DNA of 64,000 nt from Eledone cirrhosa (lineage: Eukaryota). Of this stretch, positions 50,145 to 64,000 are shown piece after piece. How positions within the stretch are numbered: the stretch's first letter is position 1; every line of letters starts with the position of its first letter. The notes under the pieces were generated by a model. That model saw only the letters and a program-made list of their open reading frames with translations, was not told the DNA's origin and searched no databases. Where the stretch lies: assembly GCA_964016885.1 (NCBI GenBank), contig OZ024743.1, positions 330,708,001-330,772,000 of the forward strand. Reading direction: 5' to 3'. Both the position numbers and the translations under genes were made by a program.

Positions 50145-51645
50145 AGTATTAGTTATACTATTTATGGTTATGTAAATACAAAACCTTAAGCAGTTGTAAG
50201 TATTTTACACACACCCTAAATAGTGGTAGGCAGTATTGTATTACTACCTTATTACCAGTAAGTTAAGTAGCTCAATGTAAAAACATCAGATGATTTACAG
50301 AGCAGTTATATGAAATATAAGAATCAAAGAACTGTTCAAAACATTATTGTGCTTACAGCTGTTTCCTCCAAACCGAGGTTTGGATTCTTCGGAGCAATTT
50401 ATTAATGCATGGACAGTTATATGACCTCCTTTTCAGCCGAGAGACATACCAATACATATTCAAACATTGATACATATTCAAATATTGTGGGTCAACATTC
50501 ATTACAGAATTTAGAGTGGCAGTACACACTTCGAGATTACATTTATATTAATAGGTACAATCAAAAATCAAAGATATAGGTTAAAATACAACATGAAGAT
50601 AAGCGGTTATATAGTGCAAATGTTATATGTGTGGCACGCATGTGCGTCTTGTTTATATAGTGTGGCAGAGAGATATGTGTGGTAGAGGCACTTAGGTAGG
50701 TAAATAAGAGTGTTAGGTTGGTAGATCTGGTGGCAAATTCTTTATATGATTGATATAGTCTGTGTGTGGAGAAATATTATAAGCATTAAAGATAGTGCAA
50801 GCATTAAAAGTGTTATAAGTAATGGAGATGCACAGCGCAGGGATGTCAAGTATTTCATGTACTTCGGCATTTTCATGGTCAGGGGAGTATATTTTTCGAT
50901 TATATGCCCTTCACATAATCCACGGCAATCCAGTTAGAGATCGTAGTCTGGTGTTCTTTAGTTCGATACAGGAGGTTGTTACGTTTCTAGAAACGCCATT
51001 GAATACCGCCCGGAAGTGTGTGTGTGGCTAAGGGGAGTTAATGCATGCGGGGAGGTAACTCTGGGGTTTCTGTATCTAGCCATTAAAATGTGTCCCAATA
51101 TAGACCCTAAATTCTATGGTGATGCGCATCTTCCAAGAGAGATTTTTAAAGCATAAAGTGTATTAACTATAGAGTAGTTTAATTAAGTTATGCTGAAGGT
51201 GATCATATTATTATTATGGTGGATTAACCCATCTTAAGGTGCCACAAATGGAAATTATAGATGATGAGCGAGGATTCTAAATTAATGATCTCTGTGGTTG
51301 TAGTCTGCTCATATGACCAGGCGCGGTGATTGCAGGCTTGCTTCAGGACCCGATGATCTCTGGTAAGATCTGGGTCATCGCTTGCTACATTTGATGTCGA
51401 AAGATAATTATCCCCTGGCCGGCCAAAGGTCAATCCGCAGTCCACGCGACCCCTCTCTGACCGTCAGATCATCCATATACGTACAACCCGCACGGCAGTT
51501 GGAATGCATTCACCCACTGCGCTCAGCAGTCCGGTCCTACTGGTCAACAGCGCTACTCGATTAAATCATTTTACATCCGTCTAAGGAAGGTGTTTCCTCT
51601 GCACAACACTATCCAACCGATCAATTCATGCTCAAATTACCCTTA
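50145..51645 (-). mobile_element. 3' UTR/pLTR of a family-7-related PLE, long-tail end, cut by the gap
   Basis: 51010-51060 matches the reverse complement of 31862-31914; hammerhead at 50350-50396 tgct-CCGAAGA-..-GAAA-cagctg-TA-agca. Confidence 0.8.
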
Positions 51646-51845
51646 NNNNNNNNNNNNNNNNNNNNNNNNNNNNNNNNNNNNNNNNNNNNNNNNNNNNNNN
51701 NNNNNNNNNNNNNNNNNNNNNNNNNNNNNNNNNNNNNNNNNNNNNNNNNNNNNNNNNNNNNNNNNNNNNNNNNNNNNNNNNNNNNNNNNNNNNNNNNNNN
51801 NNNNNNNNNNNNNNNNNNNNNNNNNNNNNNNNNNNNNNNNNNNNN
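51646..51845. other. Assembly gap (200 N)
   Basis: N run. Confidence 1.
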
Positions 51846-51926
51846 CAGTGTAACAAGTACTCTGTCTTCATGACATACATATACACATACATACTCATAC
51901 ACACACATATGCATACACATATATAC

Positions 51927-52185
51927 TGAGGCTCTCCGTCGGTTACGACGACGAGTGTTCCAGTTGATACGATCAACGAAACAGCCTGCTCGTGAAATTA
52001 ACAAGCAAGTGGCTGAGCATTCCTCAGACAGGCGTACCCTTAACATAGTTCTCAGGGAGATTCAGCATGACACAATGTGACAACGCTGGCCATTTGAATT
52101 ACACATACATCTTATTTTTGCCAGCTGAGTAGACTGGAGCAACGTAAAATAAAGTGTCTTGCTCAAGGACACAACGCACAGAACT
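51927..52185 (-). mobile_element. SINE body (cephalopod-type, core tgtgtccttgagcaagacact)
   Basis: Minus gttgtgtccttgagcaagacactttattttacgttgctccagtctactcagctgg. Confidence 0.7.
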
Positions 52186-52221
52186 GTGTAACAGGAGCAT
52201 TCGTCAGTTTTATATCGAATA

Positions 52222-52410
52222 ATAATTGTTTCAACTTTTGGCAAAAGACCAGCAAATACCCAGTTTATTACTGGTATTTTATTTTACTGACCCCGTAAGG
52301 ATGAAATGCAAAGTTAACCTCGGCAGGATTTGAACTCAGAATGGCAAGGGCCGTAACTCTATGCGTCAACGCATGGGTGTCCGACCCTCTACCGATACTG
52401 CCAATCCAAC
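52222..52410 (-). mobile_element. Meta-like SINE
   Basis: Same family as 16608-16795. Confidence 0.82.
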
Positions 52411-52584
52411 AACGATAATCGCTTGCACGCAAACAGCCTCATAACTCTGTTATTTAGACGACTGTCATCATCCTTTTGTTCTAGCAGTGACAACGAGAAA
52501 CAATCGACAATAATATTTGCCAGATCGTATATCTCTCTCATGTCACTCAATAGAACTCTTTAGAATATATAATATTCTTTAAAG

Positions 52585-53686
<1,102 letters not shown>

Positions 53687-53840
53687 CTCTAAAGTATACA
53701 TCGGCTGATTAATCTAATTTGATACCGAGCGATTTTACGGCTGGTTTTTGCCGAAAATTAAAATCCAAATTATGTAATGAGCGTAATGAGGTTGTTTCCT
53801 TCCAAACGAATCGAATATTATTATTATGCTTTGCAGCATA

Positions 53841-54778
53841 GGGCAGTGGATTGGCAGTATCGGTAGAGGGTCTAACGCCATGCTTTACAACAAAGACTTA
53901 CGGCCCTTTATGGTCTGAGTTCAAATCCCGCCGAGGTTAACTTTGCCTTTCATCCTTACGGGGTCGATAAAATAAAGTACCAGTTACGCACTGGTGTCGA
54001 TTTAATCGACTTATTCCTCCCCCAAACCCCAAAATTGATGGCCTTGTGCCTATATAAGAAACCATTATTATGCTTTGCACCATAGAGTTATGGTTCTTTA
54101 CGGTCTGAGTTCAAATCCCGCTGAGGTTAGCTTTGCCTTTCATCCTTACAAGGCCGATAAAATACAGCACCAGTAATGTACTGGAGTAATTGCTGGCCTT
54201 GTGCCAAAAGTAGAAACAATTATTATTCTATATAAAACTCACGAATGCATTTACAGATCCGCTATGTTAGAGCGAAAAACCATATTCTAAATTTGTTTTT
54301 AATTTTCGACAAAATCAGCCGTAAAATACTTTAGTGAATACTATATATTCTCAAGAGTTCTAAGGGACGGGTGCAGGCCTTAGGTAGAGTTGTCAGTTCG
54401 AAAAATTATTGCATTCTTTATCTCATGCTAAAAGAACTGGCGAGGGGGCTGCGACCTGTCATGGGAGATGTTGGTTGGACGCACAAAGATTACGTATCCC
54501 GAGAACCAAAGAGGGTTCGAAAGGGAGCAAACCTTTGTGAAGTTTTATTCCAAATACCAGCTTAATAATAGGAAGTCTCGTTACATTATTAAATGCTTCA
54601 GGTGGATTGACAGTATCGGTAGAGGGTCGGATGCCATGCTTTGCAGCATAGATTTATGGCCCTTTGCGTTCTGAGTTCAAATCCCGCTGAGGTTAACTTT
54701 GCCTTTCATCCTTACGGGGGTCGATAAAATAAAGTACCAGTAATGCACTGTCCTTGTGCCAAAAGTAGAAACAATTAT
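53841..54778 (+). mobile_element. Three Meta-like SINE copies (53841-54065, 54070-54222, 54600-54778)
   Basis: Repeated gagttcaaatcccg..gcctttcatccttac. Confidence 0.85.
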
Positions 54779-55611
54779 TAAATACTTCATTATTTTCAAA
54801 ATTATTTGAAAATCATAGAGAGTGTCTTATAGGAAGGAAACGGTTAATGAGAAGGTTGGTAGAAATAAAGATTTTGTCTTTCTATATTTTGTCTATATTT
54901 TGTCTTTCTATTGTTGTTGCTTTCTTATTCTTTAGCACCTCATATAAGCTCTGATGGAATAGACATATGCTCAAAAACGTTCCAGTTATGACCACCCTGT
55001 CTTGTTGATCAGGTGTAGTGTATTTCGGAGTACAGATTTCGCTATGCTTGAAAAGGTCTTTAAAGTGAGAATCGTATGATTTTTGTGGGAGACTTAGGTG
55101 CTATTTCTAGCAGGCTGAGTAAATCTATGTACATTTTATGAAAATATATGTAGAAATATAGTCTCTGTGTTTTTACATATTAGCTGTTGTTGTTGTTCTT
55201 TTTCTTGTAGTGGGTTGTTGTTTAACCTTATACAGTCTATGATGGACTAGCTTTATGTTCAAAGGCATTCCAGCCATGCCCATCTTCTCTGGTCATAATT
55301 AGATATTTGCCTACATTTCTTCGGTGGACTTGCGTTCTATTCAGGTGGGGCAAAGTCATCTACCCTCAATCGTTTAACGATTAGGAAACCGGGATAAACT
55401 TTGGACCTCGTCGTCCAACCCATGCTAGCATGGCGAAATAACAGAAGTAAAACATCAATTCTATCTCTTATGTATTGTGTGCAGGGTATTGGGGAGATTT
55501 TCGCTACTATTTCTACAGACCTACCAACCTCTAAAATCCCAAACTGGGAGTATCATGAAAAAAGGGGCCCCAAAACGGGGAGAAATTAGTCAAAATGGGG
55601 AGATTTTACAT

Positions 55612-56002
55612 AATTATTTCTACTTTTGGCACAAGGCCAGCAATTACCCAGTACATTAGTGGTACTTTATTTTATCGACCCCGTAAGGGTGAAAGGCAAA
55701 GTTAACCTCGGCGGGATTTGAACTCAGACCGTAAAGGGGCGTAACTATGCTGGAAAGCATAGCGTCCGACTCTCTACCAATACTGCCAATCCACCACCCT
55801 TGTTTAAGGAAATAATTATTTCTATTTTTGGCACAAGCCCAGCAATTACCCCAGTGCATTACAGGTACTTTATTTTATCGACCCCGTAAGGATGAAAGGC
55901 AAAGTTAACCTCGGCGGGATTTGAACTCAGACCATAAAGGGCTGTAACTCTTTTGCTGTAAAGCATGGTGTCCGACCCTCTACCGATACTGCCAATCCAC
56001 CA
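55612..56002 (-). mobile_element. Two tandem Meta-like SINEs
   Basis: Reverse complement of the same family. Confidence 0.85.
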
Positions 56003-56415
56003 ATAAATACGCTTCTATTTTATATAAGAAATGTTATATAATGAAAGCTATACCCATTTTCACAAAAGAAGATCCCCCACCCACTTTGGGGTGGGTGAAG
56101 GATCTTCCCGTCGGATGGAGTGAGTTGATAGGTCTGATTTCTAGCAGAATCCAAGACCTTGTGAATAATCCTACTTTCACCTCGATCTGTAGGTGTCTGG
56201 ATCGTCTGCAATAGGTTTCCATGAAATACATTTATAGACATTCAACATAGATTTAACATCAATAAAACAATGACAAGAGAAACATATTGATGTAAATCAT
56301 GTTACTGTTAGAAAGATTTCAACCAAAATAGGCACAAATCTACAGACTTCATCTGCAATACTGTATATAACACATTTGTTGAGATATTATCTGATAAACA
56401 CTGCTTTATACCACT

Positions 56416-57215
56416 ACCACCATTACAACCACTATCACTACACCACTGCTACTATCACCATCAATACACCACCATTACAACCACTATCACTACACCACCG
56501 CTACTATCACCATCAATACACCACCATTACAACCACTATCACTACACCACCGCTACTATCACCATCAATACACCACCATTACAACCACTATCACTACACC
56601 ACCGCTACTATCACCATCAATACACCACCATTACAACCACTATCACTACACCACCGCTACTATCACCATCAATACACCACCATTACAACCACTATCACTA
56701 CACCACCGCTACTATCACCATCAATACACCACCATTACAACCACTATCACTACACCACCGCTACTATCACCATCAATACACCACCATTACAACCACTATC
56801 ACTACACCACCGCTACTATCACCATCAATACACCAGCATTACAACCACTATCACTACACCACCGCTACTATCACCATCAATACACCACCATTACAACCAC
56901 TATCACTACACCACCGCTACTATCACCATCAATACACCACCATTACAACCACTATCACTACACCACCGCTACTATCACCATCAATACACCACCATTACAA
57001 CCACTATCACTACACCACCGCTACTATCACCATCAATACACCACCATTACAACCACTATCACTACACCACCGCTACTATCACCATCAATACACCACCATT
57101 ACAACCACTATCACTACACCACCGCTACTATCACCATCAATACACCACCATTACAACCACTATCACTACACCACCGCTACTATCACCATCAATACACCAC
57201 CATTACAGCACCATC
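56416..57215. repeat. 52-bp minisatellite, ~15 copies, followed by CAC-rich repeats to ~57500
   Basis: Unit caccaccattacaaccactatcactacaccaccgctactatcaccatcaata. Confidence 0.97.
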
Positions 57216-57809
57216 AATACACCATCGTTACACCACCAGCATAACAAACACCAGTACCACCACCACCAGGATAGCAAACAGTAGCGACACCGCCACCACC
57301 ACCAACATTACAAACACCACCGCCACCACCACCAGCGCTACCACCACCACCACCACCACCACCACCACCACTATCATCATTACACTCACCAGCGCCACCA
57401 TCACCACCACCATCATCATTACACTCACCAGCGCCACCATCACCACCACCATCATCATTACACTCACCAGCGCCACCACAATCATTACAACGACGACCAC
57501 CGCCAACGCCCCCTCTACCCACACACGTCACAAAAGAGAGGGAATATCATTATCACTGGAGATGTTCCATCTCATGAGATCACACAAGAACGCCATTATC
57601 GCTGTATAACAGACATGGATAATATATGTGTGTGTGAGTGTGTTGTTGTGTATATATATATACATGCGTATGTGTGTGTGCCTTGTTATATATATATATA
57701 TATACTAGATGGACCGTCCGGCTGGCGTCCGGCTAGGTATACCTGCCCCCACCACTCCACTGCAAAGATACCACACACCCTCCCGTGTCACATTGTCCTT
57801 CCGACTCTC

Positions 57810-57880
<71 letters not shown>

Positions 57881-57993
57881 AACTAACACTTTAATTGTAT
57901 CTCTCTGTCTAACGGCCTATCTCTCTTTTCCCCTCCCTCTGTTTTTCTGTCTCTCTCTGTAGATGTGTGTGTGTGTAGTTTTCCTAATCTTTC

Positions 57994-58203
<210 letters not shown>

Positions 58204-58448
58204 TGTGTATATTGAAGGGAGATACAGAAACTAAAACAGTGTTGTCATATAGAGAGTGAAGAGCACCAGCGAAAGTAAAGCAATTAAATTATAGAGAGGG
58301 GGAATGATCTTACATACATATAAAGTATAGATGTGTGTGTGTGTTTGTGTATGTGCATGTCTGTGTCTGTGTGTTTTGTTTTGATGTTATCCGGCAAATG
58401 GCGAAATCAGGTGTGAAAGTATGTGTATTTGTGTGTGTGTGTGTGTGT

Positions 58449-58486
<38 letters not shown>

Positions 58487-58919
58487 TACTTATGCGAGCG
58501 ACGACAGAAAAAAGTGTGTGGGATACATACATTATTATATTTGTCTGTATTTTCGTTCTGCAACCATTATATTTGTATCCAAATGATTTTAGATGTATGT
58601 ATTACCTTCTTGCCCGTCCCTCTGTTTCTCTTTCCCTGTCTCTCTCTCCTCTCCTCTCTCTCTCTCTCTTTAGATGTGTGTGTGTGTGTGTGTAGTTTTC
58701 CTAATCTGTCTCTTTCACTCTCTGTCTCTCTAAGAGGGTTGCCCTTTGATGTATGTATTACCTGCTTGTGTGTTGACCGAATTTGAAGGAGGTTATCCTT
58801 TTGAAATAAACATACATACGACGCTCATCCCTATGTTGATATATGATATAAATAATGGGATTGATGAGTTAATATCTGTATACAACAACTACAACGATAC
58901 GTGATAGGCCCCACCCACA

Positions 58920-59175
58920 GCCCTGACGGACAGAATGGAGAAGGCGTTTCCCCGGAGGGCGGCAAGGGTAACGCGCTGGAAAAGCCACTCCAACTCGCGG
59001 GGCTCACACCTGCGGGCTGACCAGCTGAGCGGATATGATGGTGAGTAAGGAGGTAGCCCTGGGGCCGAGGACCCCAGAAGTCTCCACTGCTAGGGGTACG
59101 ACCACAAACCTGTCGGAGAGCGAGCGGTATTTGAGGAGTTTGGCCCCCTCAGCCCGACGTGCAGCAGAACCTGGG
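58920..59175 (-). pseudogene. 3' fragment of an RLE-type (CRE-like) non-LTR retrotransposon
   Basis: AARRAEGAKLLKYRSL..FVVVPLAVETSGVLG then WLFQRVTLAALRGNA. Confidence 0.75.
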
Positions 59176-59466
59176 TATATATTGATATATTGAAGGTAGA
59201 TACGGAAAGTAAAAGAATGTTTACCGAATTTACATACGACGCTCATCTCTACGGAAAGTAAAAGAGTGTTGTCCTATAGAGAGTGAAGAGAGACAGAGAG
59301 TAAAGCAGTTAAATTATAGAGAGAGGGAAGAGCGACGGAGAGAGTGAAGCTAAGAAACTATAGGGAGGTGTGTAGGATACATACATAATACACACGACAT
59401 TCAGTTTTATATATATATATATGTATATGCGTGTGTGTGTGTGTGTGTCTATGTGCGCCTCCTTGT

Positions 59467-59499
<33 letters not shown>

Positions 59500-59512
59500 G
59501 ATAATGTTTAAA

Positions 59513-59582
59513 CCTGACGGCAGAGCTCAAGCCCTTTCGACGGCTATTTCTGGACAGTCCTTTACCACACCTCCTTCGTTTT
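59513..59582. mobile_element. Internally deleted family-3 mini-element
   Basis: gacggcagagctcaagcc.tttcgacggcta joined to ttaccacac.tccttcgtt; TA on the right. Confidence 0.7.
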
Positions 59583-59601
59583 ATATATATATATATATAG
59601 T

Positions 59602-59792
59602 AACAATTGTACATTTGGCACAAGGTCAGCAATTATCCCAGTGTATTACTGGTACTTTATTTTATCGACCCTGTAAGGATGAAAGGCAAAGTGAACCTCG
59701 GCGGGATTTGAACTCAGACCATAAAGGGACGTAACTCTATGCTGCAAAGCATGGCGTCCGACCTTCTCCTGATACTGCCAATCCACCACCCT
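59602..59792 (-). mobile_element. Meta-like SINE
   Basis: Same family. Confidence 0.85.
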
Positions 59793-59891
59793 CATATATA
59801 CTAATAATAATAAATGTGAAGACTAAGATCCAAAGAGATATATATGTGTGTGTGTATGTTAATATATGTGTGCGTGTGAGTTTGTCTTGTG

Positions 59892-59926
<35 letters not shown>

Positions 59927-60176
59927 ATGTGTGTGTGCCTTGTATATATATGTGTGTGTGTAGGTGTATGGAGTAGGTGTATGGTGTATATGTGTGCGTG
60001 TGTTCTCATCCTCAAAGATTAGTGTTGCCAGATGTATGTATGTGCGTATGTATCTGTGAGTGTGTGTGTGTATGTATATATGTATGTGTAAGTATGTAGG
60101 TATGTATATATATATGCATGTGTGTTTACAAATGTATGTATATCTATATATGTATGTATGTAAATATGTATGTATG

Positions 60177-60267
<91 letters not shown>

Positions 60268-60476
60268 GTGCGCGTGTGTGCGTGTGTGCGCGTGTGCGTG
60301 TTTGTATCCGCAGCAAGCCATATATAAGAAAAGTGAACACGAAAAATGTGTTATCAGAGATTAGTGCTAAATAGAAATGGAAAAGACTTTTAAAGTTTCG
60401 ACTGCTAGTCCTAGTCCTTCGTTGAAAGATAAAAGAGAGGAGAAAGAACATGTTAGCGAGCCATCATATATATATA

Positions 60477-60551
60477 CAGGGTGTCCAAAAAATGTATACA
60501 CACTTCAACAGCATTCAAATCAAAGTGTGTATACATATTTTGGGCACCCTG
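60477..60551. mobile_element. 75-bp Tc1-like MITE
   Basis: TIRs cagggtgtccaaaaaatgtatacacactt / aagtgtgtatacatattttgggcaccctg; TA TSD. Confidence 0.8.
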
Positions 60552-60554
60552 TAT

Positions 60555-60586
<32 letters not shown>

Positions 60587-60914
60587 GTCTGTATGTATGT
60601 ATATATATATATATACATATATATATATAAATATATATATGTATATATATGTATGTATAATAACTATGTTGCTTGTGTTTATTTCCATCTTCGGTTAGCT
60701 TCCCCCAGTGTTGTTTACTTGTCTCACTCGCTTTACGCGTTTCTATTGTCCTCATAACTTATTTTAGTTATTATCGCTCCAACGTGAGGTATATGATTTT
60801 TAATGCGATGAAATACCCATGATCGTTTGGTAAATCACTGATGAGGGACTCATTTTATAACATGTTATCCATGTGCAACCAGCAGTATTCTTCTCACCCA
60901 TATTTTCATATATG

Positions 60915-60949
<35 letters not shown>

Positions 60950-60976
60950 ATATATATATATGTGTATATATATATT

Positions 60977-63180
<2,204 letters not shown>

Positions 63181-64000
63181 CACGTCGATTTCACCATCGA
63201 ACACCCAGGAGAAGACGGGTCACTCGCCCTCCTCGACTTCCGTATCAACATCTCGGAAGAAGGAGACATAAACACCACCTTCTACCGCAAAGCAGCGTGC
63301 AAGGACTTATTTGTGCATTACAACTCAGCCCTCCCCAACAACGCTAAGAGAGGCTATGTCCTAAATGAACTGACACGGATCACTAACAGATGCAGCGACC
63401 CGATGGGTGGTCTCACCCATACCACGCAATTCCGTAATCTACTCAGGTCTAATGGATATCCCAAGCGACTGATTAACGGAATTAGAGACCCCAGACCCAA
63501 TAGACAGACTCCCACTAGAAACTTAAATAAAAGCAGGTGCTTCTTTAAAATCCCCCACCTGAGTGAATATACCACGAACGCCATCCGCAGGGCCATACGG
63601 ACGGAGGGACTTGACATACATTTGGCCCACACAGGACCTTCGCTGCGAAGATGCCTCTCCAACAAACCCGACGAGTCAGATGGGACGTGTTCCCTCAGCA
63701 ACTGCCCGATACGGGGGGCAGATTGCCTACGCACCTATGTCGTATATAAGATTCAATGCGATAAATGTAACAAGTTTTACATAGGTAGCACCATCCGACC
63801 CCTACATGTTCGTATCAAGGAACATATCAACACCAACGCATCTTCCTTCCGTAAACACATCCTTAAATGCGGAAACCCACAGGGTAGACCCTTGGTCACA
63901 GTCCTAGCGACTGAACGCAGCATCGGATCCTTAAGGATAAAGGAAGCACTTGTTATTAAGAACCTCAGACCCCCACTTAACAACTGGGCTGAGAGAAATG
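63181..64000 (+). mobile_element. Inverted second arm of the same PLE
   Basis: Near-identical reverse complement of ~62109-62927; runs off the window. Confidence 0.95.

Noticed and set aside
51590-52046. ORFs spanning the N run
   Set aside because: Artefacts of the assembly gap.
56376-57531. His/Thr-rich 302-aa ORF and Gly-rich antisense ORFs
   Set aside because: Products of the 52-bp and CAC repeats.
60805-60860. gaaa...ctgatga as a type-II hammerhead
   Set aside because: No UH triplet or consistent stems could be paired.
63181-63278. ATG start of the 391-aa ORF
   Set aside because: It lies in the inverted arm; the real ORF is 5'-truncated at ~63180.

Overview
AT-rich eukaryotic, repeat-dominated DNA with no recognisable host gene. 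The SINE repertoire and (TA)n load resemble an octopus/cephalopod genome (inference). The window is a dense cluster of Penelope-like retroelements (PLEs; RT plus C-terminal GIY-YIG) from at least 8 families, nearly all bounded by (TA)n tracts. It also holds an RTE-type LINE, a CRE-like RLE fragment, tRNA-derived SINEs, three MITEs, three minisatellites and a 200-N gap. Main observations: (1) Almost every PLE end carries a type-I hammerhead ribozyme fold, including non-canonical cores (U3-A8 compensated, U4C, CUGAGAA) and palindromic stem III. (2) Insertions follow a recurrent two-ended architecture, with one short-tail and one long-tail 3' end facing outward into TA. The long tails of otherwise unrelated families share a GAGT(G/A/T)CT motif, and ORF-less hairpin mini-elements fold back inside ribozyme stem II. 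(3) A young, intact Neptune-like PLE has two overlapping ORFs joined by a U_UUU_UUA -1 slippery site. (4) There is a 486-nt ORF-less, retrozyme-like unit. All ribozyme folds were paired by eye and element boundaries are approximate.
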